A stretch of DNA of 64,000 nt, from NCBI GenBank assembly GCA_027451365.1, contig DAIDJN010000058.1, forward strand, positions 64,001-128,000, given 5' to 3'. This DNA is from Phycisphaerales bacterium (GTDB taxonomy: Bacteria > Planctomycetota > Phycisphaerae > WQYP01). Position 1 is the first letter of the stretch, and every line of letters begins with the position of its first letter. The notes beneath the pieces were generated by a model. It worked only from the letters and a program-made list of their open reading frames with translations. It ran no database searches and had not been told where the DNA came from. The position numbers and the translations under genes are program-made. Below are positions 12,101 through 21,431 of this stretch, piece by piece.

Positions 12101-15100
12101 GCGGCCTCGGCCAACGACAGCGTGATCCTTGGTGGAAATTTCACCACAAAGGATATTGGCATGGCCGCGGGGGGCGGCTCATTTACGCCCGGCGGCGCAG
12201 TTGTCACGCTTTCCGGCACCATGAGCCTGCAGGGTGGCGCGGTCAGTTTCGGCGCGGCGCTCGGAGCCATCAATTTGACCGGCACGTTAGAAAACGGGAC
12301 GCTTTCCAGCGGAACGGATACAAATGGCAACGAATATCTTTCGGTCGGAGCTTATTCCTCAGGCACTTTCCAGAATATTACTCTGGGAACAAATTACGCG
12401 CTGGTCAATAACGGTTCAACTTTAAATGTAAACAATTCGCTCGCCAATGGTGTCGGCCTGGACCTGGGTGGAAAAACGCTTACCTTAAGCGGCCAGAATA
12501 CCACGTTGCGGATCAACAATACCCTGACCAATCCCAATACCCTGCAAAACGGCACACTCACCCTCTCGGGTGCCGGCGCACAGCTATACGCGCAAAGCCA
12601 GATGACTTTGGGGGCCACGCTGACACTCAATTCCACTTCCACCGGCGGCAATGGAAATTTCATCAACGGCTTTGGCGTGGTCAACGCGGGCAATATGAAT
12701 GTGGGATATGACTCCAACTCCGGAACCACCGTAACCGGAAACGCCCTGGCTATTTACGCTGGCTTTACCAACGTGGGTACCGTAACGGTTTATGGTGGCA
12801 ACAACCTGTTCATTGGCGAACCAGCCAACCTCAACGGCGCTGGCAATTACGCCAGCACCTGGAGCAATTCGGCAACGATTCAATCCAATGACAGCTTCGG
12901 CGGCACATCTGGAATTACCCTGCAGGGCAATTGGTCCAACACCGGCACCATCGTCGCCAATCCTGGGGATCTGGTTACGCTGGCGGGCATTTTCCATCCA
13001 GCGGATGTCGCCATGGCCAACGATGGCAGCGCGAATGCAACTTTCAATATGAACGGCACAACGACAACCGCCGGCGCGGTGGTGAACATTACCGGTACGC
13101 TGGTGAATTCAGATGCCGGGGCGTCCAGCAGCTCCAATACACTTTATTTCGGTGCCGTCGGCAGCAGCAAATCGTCCACCGGGTCCGGCAACTACACAAG
13201 CAACGGTTCCTGGAACCTGGGTGCCTCCAATGGCAGTGGTGGATATCTGGCCGGAACCATTCAGGGCGGCACAATTTACCCGCAGGATTCCACCGGCGCT
13301 CAATATCTGAATATTATCAACGGAGTATTTCAGAATGTGACGCTTCAAAGCAATCTTAATCTGAATAATGCCAACAGTTCGCTGACCATTTCCAATGCGG
13401 GTTATGTTTCCGGTTCACCCAACAGCAGTACCGGCACGTATGATGGTTTGGTTTTCGCCGGAACGGGGAATTACAGCATTAATATTTCCGGACAGAACGC
13501 CTCTCTGATTTATAGCGACGCTACCTATTCCGGCGGCGGTTCGGTGCCGCAAACCATCGCCAGCGGCAAAATAAACGTCACCGGAACTACCGATACAATT
13601 TCCATTCACAACGGACCGGTGACATTGGCCGCCAATGCCAGCATCAATGTCTATGGCACCGGCACGTATGTGCCGTCCACCAGCGGAAGTGGCTACGACG
13701 GCTCCGGCAACTATAGCGGCTACTATATTCCGCCATCCGCAACCATTAACGGCAGTGGTAGCTTTTCCAATCTTGGAAATATCAATGTCGGTTCCGATGG
13801 TTCCGGCCATAATTATTCCGGCATCAAACTGACCATTGACCCGGCCAATTTCACCAACTTGGGCACCATTACCGTGTTCGGCGGCAGCGGCAACTACGGT
13901 GCCAATACTCTGCAAATCGGCAATGGCAACGATTCCACCACCTGGACCAACAAGGGCACAATTCAAACCAACGATGCGGATCACGGCGGAGCGTTCATCA
14001 CGCTTACCGATAACTGGTCCAACACCGGCTCGATTGTTCTTTCCGGTAGCGACAGAATTGAACTGGGCGGATTCTTCCACCCATCGGATGTAGCCATGGC
14101 CAACAATGGAAGCACCAATGCGACGTTCATCGCCAATGGAGCTGCGGTTAATATCACCGGCACGCTGATCAATTCGGATGGCAACGGCCCGAACACTTTG
14201 AATTTCAATGGGCCGGGAACCAGTGTTTCCGGAACCAGCACCAGCAATGGCACCTGGAATCTGTCTGGTGGAACCATTATTGGCGGCGTTATAAACATCA
14301 ATGCTGAATCAAACGGCAATCCCTATCTGACCATCGGAAGCGGCATGCTGGAAAATGCAACGGTCAACGGAAACCTTAAAGTCGGCGGAATGCTTACTTT
14401 GGCCAACGTCGCTTTAAATGGCAACATCGATCTGTTCGCCGCCGACAGTGGAATATCTATTTTCAACAGCATCGCCAATCCGCAGGGGCTGGTCTCCGCC
14501 AGTCCGTTCACTATTTCCACGGTTTATGGCGGGACCATCAATTTTAATGATGTGACGGACGCCAACGGTAATCCCATTGGCCAGACTCTGGCCAATGCGA
14601 CGATCAATCTGGCCGGACAGACATATTACAGTGCTTTTATTCGTGGCGGAAATGGCACGCTGACGATTGCCAGTTCCACCGTCATTAACGGAGAAGTTGC
14701 CGGGCAGGGCTATTATGGGAATATTACCTATGGCAATGTGGATATGCTTGGCAGCAGCATTGTGAACTATGGTGCCATCAATGCTGGTGTGGGCGTGAGT
14801 TATCAGGGGCTTACGGTCGGATCTTCAATATTTGTCAACCATGGCATTATGACTGTTGAGGGTGGCAACAATCAGTTGGCATTCACAGCCTACGGCCTTC
14901 CTATCAGCTTGATCAATGCCGCGGATGGAACCATTACCGCCAGCGGGTACGGATCAGATATTTTTATCGACGCGAACTGGAGCAACCTGGGCAAAATTGC
15001 ACTTGGTTCCGGCGATACCATTGAACTTGGCGGTACATTCCACCCGGCGGATGTCGGCCTGGCCACGGATCTTCCTTCCGGTACACCGCAGGGTACATTC

Positions 15101-18100
15101 ACGCCCGGCAATGGTACGGTCAATCTTACCGGCACTCTGGTGAACGCAGATGTCGGCGGTAACGGGCCGAATACCTTGGATCTCGTGACTGGCGGAACGC
15201 CCTGGTATTTTGATGGCGGCACCATCAAGGGGGGCATACTGATTGGCGAGGATGCCAGTGGCAATTCCTATCTTTCCCTCAAGCAATCCGGTCAGGGCAC
15301 CCTGCAGAATGTGACGCTGGGAAGCAACCTTAGCTTAGGTGGCAACTCCAGTACCTTGTATATAGCCAATTCGACCGGCGCGGGAAACCAGAATGGCATC
15401 ACCGGAACCGGTCAACAGGTTGTCATTAACGGCAGTTACGAATCCATCAGCTTTTCCGATGCCACAGATGGCGGCGGTAATGCCATTGGTCAGACACTGG
15501 CGGATCTGACCATAGACCTGGCGGGTCAGAATGCCGGTCTTTCTACCGGCACCAGCCTGACGGTCGCTTCCAATGCCACCATCGAAGGTACCGGCTACAA
15601 CTATTCCAACTACTATCAGAACACTATTTCCGGCGGCAGTCTGGCGAACCTGGGCAACATCAATGCCGGTTCGGCCTCTGCCACCGGCTATCTGATTGTT
15701 GAACCCAAAACGTTCACCAATCAGGTGGGCGGAACGATGATTGCATTTAATGGCTCAACCCTGCAAATCGGCAGCGGCGCTTTCGGCACAACCTGGTCCA
15801 ATGCCGGAACCATCACCACGGCCGTGACTGCGGGGTTGCAAACCGCGCCGGGTACAGCTGTTATCACACTTGATGACAACTGGTCGAACACAGGAACAAT
15901 TTCCGCCAGTGCCGGTGACACCATTAACTTTGGTGGAAAATTCCATCCCGCAGATGTCGGTCTTGCGACCGATCTTGGCACCGGGGCCACACAGGGAACG
16001 CTTTCGCCCAGTCAGGCCACGCTGAATCTCACCGGAACGCTGATTAATTCTGATACCGGTCCGACCGGTTCCAATACACTGAATTTCCCGGTTGGGGGAA
16101 ATATCTGGAATATGACCGGTGGCACTGTTCTGGGCGGATCGGTCATCGCGCAGGACAATTCGGGCAACCAATTCCTGAATATAGCGACCGGATCATTCCA
16201 GAATGTGTCGCTGCAAAGTAATCTGGCTCTGACTCCCAATTATTCCAGACTGACTATTCTTAACAGCGCTGGGACGGGTCTGCAAAATGGACTCGTTACC
16301 AGTGGCCAAACCATTACTCTTTCCGGCTATTTGTCTGAATTGGCATTTACCGACGCAACTGATTCACTGGGCAATCCGATTGGCCAGACGCTGGGCAATG
16401 TCACGATTGATTTTACCAATAGCACCACCAGCACCCTGGCCGTTGGCGGAAGTTTGACACTTTCGGGCAACACCGTGGTTAACGCCCTGGCCGGAACCGG
16501 CAACGCCAATGGTGGCGTGATTAACGGCACCACGTTGATCAATGATGGCAGCATGAATGCCGGTTCGGCTGGCGCTGCTGGTTCGTTGGAAATTGTTACA
16601 ACCAACTTCACCAATTCCCAGACCGGTACGCTTACAGCCTACCCCAATTCTGTCCTTCAAATTGAGCCGACTGCATGGTCCAACGCCGGTGTCATTACCG
16701 GTTCAACCGGATCCACCATTGACCTCGGCGGCACATTCCATCCCGCTGATATCGGCCTGGCGACCGACCTTGCCGGCGGAGCCGGCCAGGGAACCTTCAA
16801 TACCAATGGCGCGCAGGTGAATATTCTGGGTACGCTGGTCAATGCGGATGCAGGCGGTACCGGCGTCAATGATCTTGTATTCAATGCGGCCAGCGGTGTT
16901 TATAACTTGGACGGCGGCACCGTTCAGGGTGGTGCCATCAGTATGGCTACGCAGACTTCCGGCCCGGGCGCGGGCGATGGATACCTGGTCTTCAGCGGCG
17001 GTACTCTGCAGAATGTCACTTTGAACAGTGATCTGATCCTGAACAATGCCGGCCAGCCCGCAATTCAGAATATCAGTTCACTGAACATCAACAACACGCT
17101 GGCCAACCAGGTTGGTTTAAACACCAATGGTCACAATATCATTCTTTCCGGCACCAGTGCAGCGCTGACCTTTAATGATGTGGTGAATACCGGCACCTTC
17201 GCAATTGCAGCGCAGACTCTGGCCAATACCACGATCACCCTGTCTGGAGCCAATGCTACCATTACCGGGACACAGGAGCTGAATTTTGCGTCCACGGCAA
17301 TCGTTAATGCCGTGGCCGCGAATAGCGGTAATATTATCAACGGCGCCATTGTCGATACCGGCGCCCGGGTGAATGTCGGCTCGGCAACGCCTACCGCAAC
17401 CACTCTTTATCTGGATCCAACAACGCTGACCAACAGCGGTGTGATTACTGTGTTTAATGGCGACCAACTGGTGTTTGGCCTGTCCAACGGCACATCTGCC
17501 AATAAGACGGGCGGAATCATTCAAACCCAGACCGCCGTAGCCGGTTCCGGTGCAGGTTCGGCGATTCTCACATTCGTTGGTCCGCTGACCAACTCCGGTA
17601 CCATCACCGCGGCCACCGGAGATACCATCAATCTTGAAGGTTCATTTACCGCTGCGGATGTGGGGCTTGCCACCGCAGGCCCGCAGGGAACCTTTACGCC
17701 AAATGGTGCTACAGTGAATTTCACCGGGACGTTGGATAACACTGGCAATGCTCTTCTATTTGGTCCAACGACAGGCGCGTGGAATATGTCTGGCAATGCC
17801 ACGATTATGGGCGGTAGCCTCTCGGCCAATATGCAAAGCTCCGGCCCTGATGCGGGACAACCATTCCTTGTTATTACCGACGGTACTTTTCAGAACGTCA
17901 CAATCAACAGTGATCTGACTGTTTCCGGCAACCTTAGTTTCGCCAGCACTTCCGCCAACACCACCGGCGTGGTGGATAGCGGCCATACCATTAATATTGT
18001 GGCCGCCGGCGGCACGCTGACCTATGTTGAACCGCGTGATCCGTTTTCTGGCCTGGCACCGGCGCAAACCCTGAATTCCACCGTTAATTTGCTGGGTGCT

Positions 18101-18802
18101 GGATCTACCATAAGTGGTTCGGCTGGCACGGCCCTGACATTGGGAACGTCTGCTGTCATCAACGGTCTGGCTGCAAATTCCTCCAATACCTTTACCATGA
18201 CGGCGCTGACCAATAACGGCCAGATTAACGCCGGATCCGCAGCGGTTACGAACAACACCCTTACTGTGAATGTGGTGCAATTTGCCAACAACGGTTCCAT
18301 TACGGCCAATACCGGTTCTGCGGTTAACCTGGTGTTTGACCCGGCCGCATCGTGGACCAACATGGGCACACTTTCTGCGGATGTCGGCGGTACAATTAAT
18401 GTAAAGAACAACGATGGTTCACCCCTGAATCTGATTCTTGGTACCGGCAGTACCATTGATATACAGATTGGTTCAGGAGGTCAGAGTGGATTGATTGACG
18501 TGCTGAATGGTTCGCTCACCATTGATCCGAATGTCACGCTGAATTTAAGTCTGGCACCCGGTGCTGTCGTAAATGGGCCATACACTTTGTTTAATTTCAC
18601 AGGTTTGCTTGGCGATCATTTCGCTACGGTGAATTCCAGTTTTGGAACGGTGTCCTACAACGCCGATTCGATCACTATAAACGGAGCCAGCACGCCGGAA
18701 CCCGCGGCGCTGGCGCTGTTTGCCGGTGGCAGTGCCCTTTTGCTGATCGGTCGGGGCAAACGCCGCAATGCAAAACGCAACCACGTTCGCGTTGCATGTT
18801 AA
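6122..18802 (+). CDS. Giant repetitive PEP-CTERM-sorted surface protein (beta-strand/beta-helix-like adhesin or S-layer-like), ~4226 aa
   Basis: Signal peptide MKSKMVNRLMAAATAAMFGTFLGHTAQA after a GAGGT SD. G/N/T/S-rich body with about 12 repeats marked by WSNTGTI...GDTINLGGxF. C-terminal TPEP + hydrophobic helix + basic tail (RGKRRNAKR) matches a PEP-CTERM sorting signal. Confidence 0.9.
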   Translation: MKSKMVNRLMAAATAAMFGTFLGHTAQANSPTVNNVDWILAGSGNWNAAGTNWSGGIIPNNTSTNVYDVSLDLADGGIYNVTIPSNASYNVDGLTLSNANAALTIAANGILDISQPDNNGASGTLSVQQGDFTLNGTLANSVLSVGVGGTFSSNSGTFENVVLGSNLSVGSYQALNVTDSLNNSYGLNAAGELITLNVGAGLVFTDTFDPKFNRFVPNILNGTMDMTGYNNYLTAQNGPTELAGTVNVLAANGTEYMNGNGLLWNNGYINVGSNGTIADAVSGSTLYINASAFNNTGNITVFNSSTLNATAFTNSGTVATAASAGIQTGTGSAIMDFKGDWSNTGTIEAAAGDTINLGGAFNPQDIGLSTMAGVTNGAFSPDGATVNISGTINNTGNNLNFAAVIGPWNLNGAVITDGTLTVQNGAGAQDIKILNASVQNTKLGSNLIIQNNGYSGGLTVNNTVANPLGLDFNGYNITLAGSYASLTFNATYDRVFAAYVPESVNGIINLAAYQSQLNGNQIAIFNSAINSYSTSGTNYIGGGTITNAGVVRVGSDGTLGNTVTGDTLTINSNNFTNAASGTIAVYNGDILNFNSYGGTTNAGLITTAGAATLQSGTASATINFSDGWSNTGTIRATAGDTINLGGTFNAADIGIAGATGQGAFTPNGATVNLSGTMNIQGGVATFDAAHGLINLGGGTFENGTVVAQNNTGTQYLAISSGTFQNITLGSNLSVAGSLYLTGTTENTNELNFNGYAVTLTGSGSVLNPYDVSVNGVYVPEVLSGTINLAGNNSSVNAYQGPLTLAGTLNALAPGNFNFIGGYSGPVTNTGLIYVGSAAIGGNAISGAALTVRPTFINAGTMTAFNSDFLNLNSNTWSNSGVIQTGVAAGLQAGPGSATLNIGGAGGNWSNSGRIVAAAGDTINLGGTFNAADIGIAGTAGEGTFAPNGATVNLTGTMNIQGGTATFDAAHGQMTLSSATIENGTLVSQDSRGNSYLNFGSATFQGVTLGSNLLVNGNNSTLTINGTLAVPQGLNIGGYAVTTSGSATNIVVNDADQYLSSGLVYSAQMLNGTINLAGAADTLTSQNSLTLAGTINALAADSYDTISNVAGILTNSGSLNGGSATVSGTALNIAGSAFVNSGTITQFAGDTLSLGSTVWSNTGTITGTGVGGGGINFGGQFTAADIGIAGTAGEGTFNPNGAKDVLNGTMNIQGGTATFDSAHGVFIFTGTIENGTLVTQVIGGNQLLQINGGTFQNVTLGSNLALGGPNDPNAITLTIANTASDAAGLVLNGNTVNLLGNSATLNYVDASNGSDVAQSIDSGVTNLSGKDAAINTNGTLTLEQGAVINSLAGNHGENIINGNSFVNQGLINVGSPTVTGNTLEILAAGFTNATTGVITVYNGNDLNISSANWINDGLIQTSGAAGLSSAGGASLTFNGSWTNNGQIKVTAFDVVNFGGSQQTGTGTISVAGYTPVQLTNTGSIAIGSATQNVSAFINAANFTNSSTGKLEVFTGSELQIGDIYTNSNSTNSGLIETSAAAGDTSASGATLTFAGNWSNTGTIAATYGDTVNLTGTFSMASIGLNGGGTQGTFTPGGANINLYGNIDQQGGSTLNLGQTGNPAHIGTLTIEKHGVYTLENGATLANAVLSIASGGGSSSYTGTVSVAGYANATFQNVTIGSLPTGSGIGLSNTGSTLTVANTVANPIGLNLGGTNVSLGGQNDALAFRDASNGGSDVAQTLDDMTTITGAGDTITTNGLLTLAGTVNVIIPVGNNKSGEAFLSGATIVNSGNINVGFDGTTSNTTANNILVINPVSFTNNSTGVITVYNSNVLDIAATNWSNAGTIQTAAAIGDTPAAGSGAVLEFNGSWTNTGTIRLTSFDEVVFGSNPGVGSTGTIGTAGQIVQASNAGKIDVGSAGTTGLYTLISTNTFTNSSTGKIEVFNGNTLLLGDPYGYPTTWSNAGTIASATAAGDQTGGGATIYFYGNWSNSGSIAASANDSVILGGNFTTKDIGMAAGGGSFTPGGAVVTLSGTMSLQGGAVSFGAALGAINLTGTLENGTLSSGTDTNGNEYLSVGAYSSGTFQNITLGTNYALVNNGSTLNVNNSLANGVGLDLGGKTLTLSGQNTTLRINNTLTNPNTLQNGTLTLSGAGAQLYAQSQMTLGATLTLNSTSTGGNGNFINGFGVVNAGNMNVGYDSNSGTTVTGNALAIYAGFTNVGTVTVYGGNNLFIGEPANLNGAGNYASTWSNSATIQSNDSFGGTSGITLQGNWSNTGTIVANPGDLVTLAGIFHPADVAMANDGSANATFNMNGTTTTAGAVVNITGTLVNSDAGASSSSNTLYFGAVGSSKSSTGSGNYTSNGSWNLGASNGSGGYLAGTIQGGTIYPQDSTGAQYLNIINGVFQNVTLQSNLNLNNANSSLTISNAGYVSGSPNSSTGTYDGLVFAGTGNYSINISGQNASLIYSDATYSGGGSVPQTIASGKINVTGTTDTISIHNGPVTLAANASINVYGTGTYVPSTSGSGYDGSGNYSGYYIPPSATINGSGSFSNLGNINVGSDGSGHNYSGIKLTIDPANFTNLGTITVFGGSGNYGANTLQIGNGNDSTTWTNKGTIQTNDADHGGAFITLTDNWSNTGSIVLSGSDRIELGGFFHPSDVAMANNGSTNATFIANGAAVNITGTLINSDGNGPNTLNFNGPGTSVSGTSTSNGTWNLSGGTIIGGVININAESNGNPYLTIGSGMLENATVNGNLKVGGMLTLANVALNGNIDLFAADSGISIFNSIANPQGLVSASPFTISTVYGGTINFNDVTDANGNPIGQTLANATINLAGQTYYSAFIRGGNGTLTIASSTVINGEVAGQGYYGNITYGNVDMLGSSIVNYGAINAGVGVSYQGLTVGSSIFVNHGIMTVEGGNNQLAFTAYGLPISLINAADGTITASGYGSDIFIDANWSNLGKIALGSGDTIELGGTFHPADVGLATDLPSGTPQGTFTPGNGTVNLTGTLVNADVGGNGPNTLDLVTGGTPWYFDGGTIKGGILIGEDASGNSYLSLKQSGQGTLQNVTLGSNLSLGGNSSTLYIANSTGAGNQNGITGTGQQVVINGSYESISFSDATDGGGNAIGQTLADLTIDLAGQNAGLSTGTSLTVASNATIEGTGYNYSNYYQNTISGGSLANLGNINAGSASATGYLIVEPKTFTNQVGGTMIAFNGSTLQIGSGAFGTTWSNAGTITTAVTAGLQTAPGTAVITLDDNWSNTGTISASAGDTINFGGKFHPADVGLATDLGTGATQGTLSPSQATLNLTGTLINSDTGPTGSNTLNFPVGGNIWNMTGGTVLGGSVIAQDNSGNQFLNIATGSFQNVSLQSNLALTPNYSRLTILNSAGTGLQNGLVTSGQTITLSGYLSELAFTDATDSLGNPIGQTLGNVTIDFTNSTTSTLAVGGSLTLSGNTVVNALAGTGNANGGVINGTTLINDGSMNAGSAGAAGSLEIVTTNFTNSQTGTLTAYPNSVLQIEPTAWSNAGVITGSTGSTIDLGGTFHPADIGLATDLAGGAGQGTFNTNGAQVNILGTLVNADAGGTGVNDLVFNAASGVYNLDGGTVQGGAISMATQTSGPGAGDGYLVFSGGTLQNVTLNSDLILNNAGQPAIQNISSLNINNTLANQVGLNTNGHNIILSGTSAALTFNDVVNTGTFAIAAQTLANTTITLSGANATITGTQELNFASTAIVNAVAANSGNIINGAIVDTGARVNVGSATPTATTLYLDPTTLTNSGVITVFNGDQLVFGLSNGTSANKTGGIIQTQTAVAGSGAGSAILTFVGPLTNSGTITAATGDTINLEGSFTAADVGLATAGPQGTFTPNGATVNFTGTLDNTGNALLFGPTTGAWNMSGNATIMGGSLSANMQSSGPDAGQPFLVITDGTFQNVTINSDLTVSGNLSFASTSANTTGVVDSGHTINIVAAGGTLTYVEPRDPFSGLAPAQTLNSTVNLLGAGSTISGSAGTALTLGTSAVINGLAANSSNTFTMTALTNNGQINAGSAAVTNNTLTVNVVQFANNGSITANTGSAVNLVFDPAASWTNMGTLSADVGGTINVKNNDGSPLNLILGTGSTIDIQIGSGGQSGLIDVLNGSLTIDPNVTLNLSLAPGAVVNGPYTLFNFTGLLGDHFATVNSSFGTVSYNADSITINGASTPEPAALALFAGGSALLLIGRGKRRNAKRNHVRVAC

Positions 18803-19091
18803 ATGAAATTTGGGTTCGGCGGTGAATCAGCCAGAAGGGCCTGACCGCAGGCGGTCGTCCGGCCCGGTGGATAATCAATGGCACGGGCGTTCATTCTGCC
18901 AGCCTTCTGATATGCCGTTGCCAATAGCCACCATCTGAATCCGGATCGCAATTTTTTTTACCTGCCTCCACTGTCAATTCACTTCATTCGGCCCTACCAT
19001 ATAGACGAATCGCCCGGCTGAAATCCGCCTGGCATGAAAGGTATGGATATGCCGAGAAAGGGAATCGGCTGACTGGTTTCAGGGTGAACAG

Positions 19092-20252
19092 GTGATATTG
19101 GAAAATCCGCTGCAAAAATGTCATGAACAGGCGGAGGCTTCCTTTTTGCCTTATGGCCCGCTGATTCAGATCGTTGAAAGTTTTGGTCAGCCGGAAATTG
19201 AATATGCCGCAATCCGTAAGGGAACCGGCCTGATGGATTCCCCGCACCGGGGGGTGCTTGAGATAACCGGTAAAGATCGGCTCGCATTTTTGAACAATCT
19301 TTTGACCAATGATGTCAAGTCACTGGTTCCCGGTTGCGGCTGCTATGCGTTCCTGCTGAACACCAAGGGCCGGATTACCGCAGATATATATGTGCTTAAT
19401 TTGCCGGACCGCACGCTGCTGGAACTTGATGCCCGGTTGACCGATCAAATTTGCGCATTCCTGAATCAGTATCTGTTCGCGGAAGATGTTCAAATCCAAA
19501 ACCGTTCCGCCGTTTTCCGGCGATTAACACTCTGCGGGCCGGCCAGCGCCCTGCTGCTGGCCCGGCTGACGCCGCCGGGGGGATTGTCGCTTTCCGATGG
19601 CCTGTTTACCGTTCGCGAGGGATTGCTGACTGCCGAGGGCAAAACTTTTGGGGTAACTGCGTTCAAGAACGACCTCTGTGGCGAACCGCAGTGGGATTTA
19701 CTGGTTCCCAATGAAGCCGCCCCGGTGCTTTGGGATTCGCTTCTGGAATTTGCCCAGCGTACCGAAGACCGGCCCGGATCAGAATTTAATCTGCGAGCCA
19801 TCGGCTGGTCGGCATTTAATATTGCACGGATTGAAGCCGGCACGCCGCTATTGGGTATCGACATTGGCGATCAGGCGCTTCCCCTTGAAACCTCGCACTG
19901 GTATGCCCGCGCCGTACATCCGCAAAAAGGATGTTATCTTGGCCAGGAAGTAGTGGCCCGCATGCATGTGCGGAACCTGTGTGCCCGGCGAATTGTGGGA
20001 TTGAAAATCAGTGGCCACGCCGTCCCCGTGGCCGGTGCCGAATTGCGTATTCCGGATAAAACTGTCGGTATGGTCACCAGCAGTTGCATGTCGCCTCTGC
20101 TGGGTAACACGCCCATCGCACTGGCCTATATGGAAAGTGCGCACAGCGTTGCGGGCCGCGAATTTGAAGTATATACCAGCGGCGGTAAAACGACTGCCAT
20201 AGTTGCGGACCTGCCGTTCGTGCGTGGCCGAGCGGCGATTGGCTCTCCATAA
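19092..20252 (+). CDS. ygfZ: YgfZ/GcvT-like folate-binding protein
   Basis: GcvT-like N-terminus (GKDRLAFLNNLLTND) and the YgfZ signature KGCYLGQE. Confidence 0.88.
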   Translation: MILENPLQKCHEQAEASFLPYGPLIQIVESFGQPEIEYAAIRKGTGLMDSPHRGVLEITGKDRLAFLNNLLTNDVKSLVPGCGCYAFLLNTKGRITADIYVLNLPDRTLLELDARLTDQICAFLNQYLFAEDVQIQNRSAVFRRLTLCGPASALLLARLTPPGGLSLSDGLFTVREGLLTAEGKTFGVTAFKNDLCGEPQWDLLVPNEAAPVLWDSLLEFAQRTEDRPGSEFNLRAIGWSAFNIARIEAGTPLLGIDIGDQALPLETSHWYARAVHPQKGCYLGQEVVARMHVRNLCARRIVGLKISGHAVPVAGAELRIPDKTVGMVTSSCMSPLLGNTPIALAYMESAHSVAGREFEVYTSGGKTTAIVADLPFVRGRAAIGSP

Positions 20253-20274
20253 TTGACCCTGAAGGATTTCAACC

Positions 20275-20667
20275 ATGACTCAACCATTGCGCATTCTGGA
20301 TGTGGGCCAGTGCGGATTCGATCATTCCGCAATTGCTGATGTTGTGCACAAACAGACCGGCGCAATTGTCGAACAGGCTGGTTCCGCTGCGCAGGCCGTG
20401 GCAATTCTGGCTTGCCAATCCTACGACCTGGTGCTGATTAATCGCATTCTGGATGGCGACGGAACCTCAGGTGTCGATCTGATTGCCCAGTTAAAAACCA
20501 ATCCCAATTGCCCGCCGCTGATGATGGTCAGCAACTATCCGGACGCCCAGCGGGCGGCCGTAAAAGCCGGAGCGCTGGAAGGATTTGGAAAAAACGCCTT
20601 GTATCTTGCGAGCACCGCGAAAATTCTGCAGGCGGCTGTTGAACGAAAGACCGCATCCGGTGGTTGA
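20275..20667 (+). CDS. Single-domain, atypical response-regulator receiver
   Basis: Receiver fold pattern (YDLVLINRILDGDGTSGVDLI, MMVSNY, AVKAGA..FGK). The phosphoacceptor position appears to be Asn. Confidence 0.75.
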   Translation: MTQPLRILDVGQCGFDHSAIADVVHKQTGAIVEQAGSAAQAVAILACQSYDLVLINRILDGDGTSGVDLIAQLKTNPNCPPLMMVSNYPDAQRAAVKAGALEGFGKNALYLASTAKILQAAVERKTASGG

Positions 20668-20689
20668 TTCACAACCTGCCGCGATCGGG

Positions 20690-21358
20690 CTAGTCAGGTA
20701 GACCGAATTTATAACGAAGAAGCTGCACTAAAAACATTTGACGGCCGAAAGACAGCCCGGACCCGAAGCGGGTATTAGAAGGTCCTTCGATGATAATGTT
20801 CGCATTGTTACTGCCGGGATACTGGAAATGAATACCCGATGTATACACGCGCGATGCTCCGGTAATCGTGATTTTCTTTTCCCAGCCCAGTTTGCCCACT
20901 CCGGCAAAAATAGTCAGGTCTTCGCCGCGGGCGGTTAATTCCACTTTGCCCGCCACGCACAGGATTGCAAAGCTCCAGAACAATATGGAACCAAGTAAAA
21001 ATGGAATCCCGAAAAGCGACATGACCAGGTCGAATTTGCCCGCAATAATTTGGCTGCCGTAAATGCCGCCAAGTGAACCACCCGACCAGACGCACATGAA
21101 CGGTATAAGAAAAAACGCCACGGGTGAACGTGTGGTTGCGCCGGCTGTCCAGCCGTCCATTGTCTCCCGGTACCAGCACCCTTTGGGCGGGTTGGTGGTC
21201 GGATCAAACCTCGGGGGTGATTTGGTTGCGGGCACCGCGCCGACCAATTCACTAAGTTGATAGGCATGGCTGCAAGCGCGGCAAAAGGCCACATTGTTCG
21301 CCACGTTCACGTCGGTATCACCCAAGGGTGCCCCGCAATTGGGACAAACCAGTTGCAA
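20690..21358 (-). CDS. Hypothetical membrane protein with N-terminal zinc ribbon
   Basis: CPNC...CRAC motif, two hydrophobic segments, and a GGAG SD upstream of a TTG start. Confidence 0.7.
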   Translation of the reverse strand: MQLVCPNCGAPLGDTDVNVANNVAFCRACSHAYQLSELVGAVPATKSPPRFDPTTNPPKGCWYRETMDGWTAGATTRSPVAFFLIPFMCVWSGGSLGGIYGSQIIAGKFDLVMSLFGIPFLLGSILFWSFAILCVAGKVELTARGEDLTIFAGVGKLGWEKKITITGASRVYTSGIHFQYPGSNNANIIIEGPSNTRFGSGLSFGRQMFLVQLLRYKFGLPD

Positions 21359-21390
21359 ACAGCAAACTCCGAAGGAATCGAATAAAGGAA

Positions 21391-21431
21391 TGCCACACCC
21401 AACACAATGAGGCCGCTGGGGATCGAACCCA
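21391..21431. repeat. Left att site (duplicate of the tRNA-Lys 3' end plus 17 nt of downstream sequence)
   Basis: TGCCACACCCAACACAATGAGGCCGCTGGGGATCGAACCCA, identical to 30073-30113. Confidence 0.96.

Noticed and set aside
6122..18802. Autotransporter or hemagglutinin/contact-dependent toxin
   Set aside because: No C-terminal beta-barrel ending in an aromatic residue, no toxin domain and no TpsB partner; it ends in a PEP-CTERM signal.
21408..21431. Possible second tRNA-Lys gene
   Set aside because: Only the 3' 24 nt (part of the T-arm and the acceptor strand) are present; it is the att duplication.
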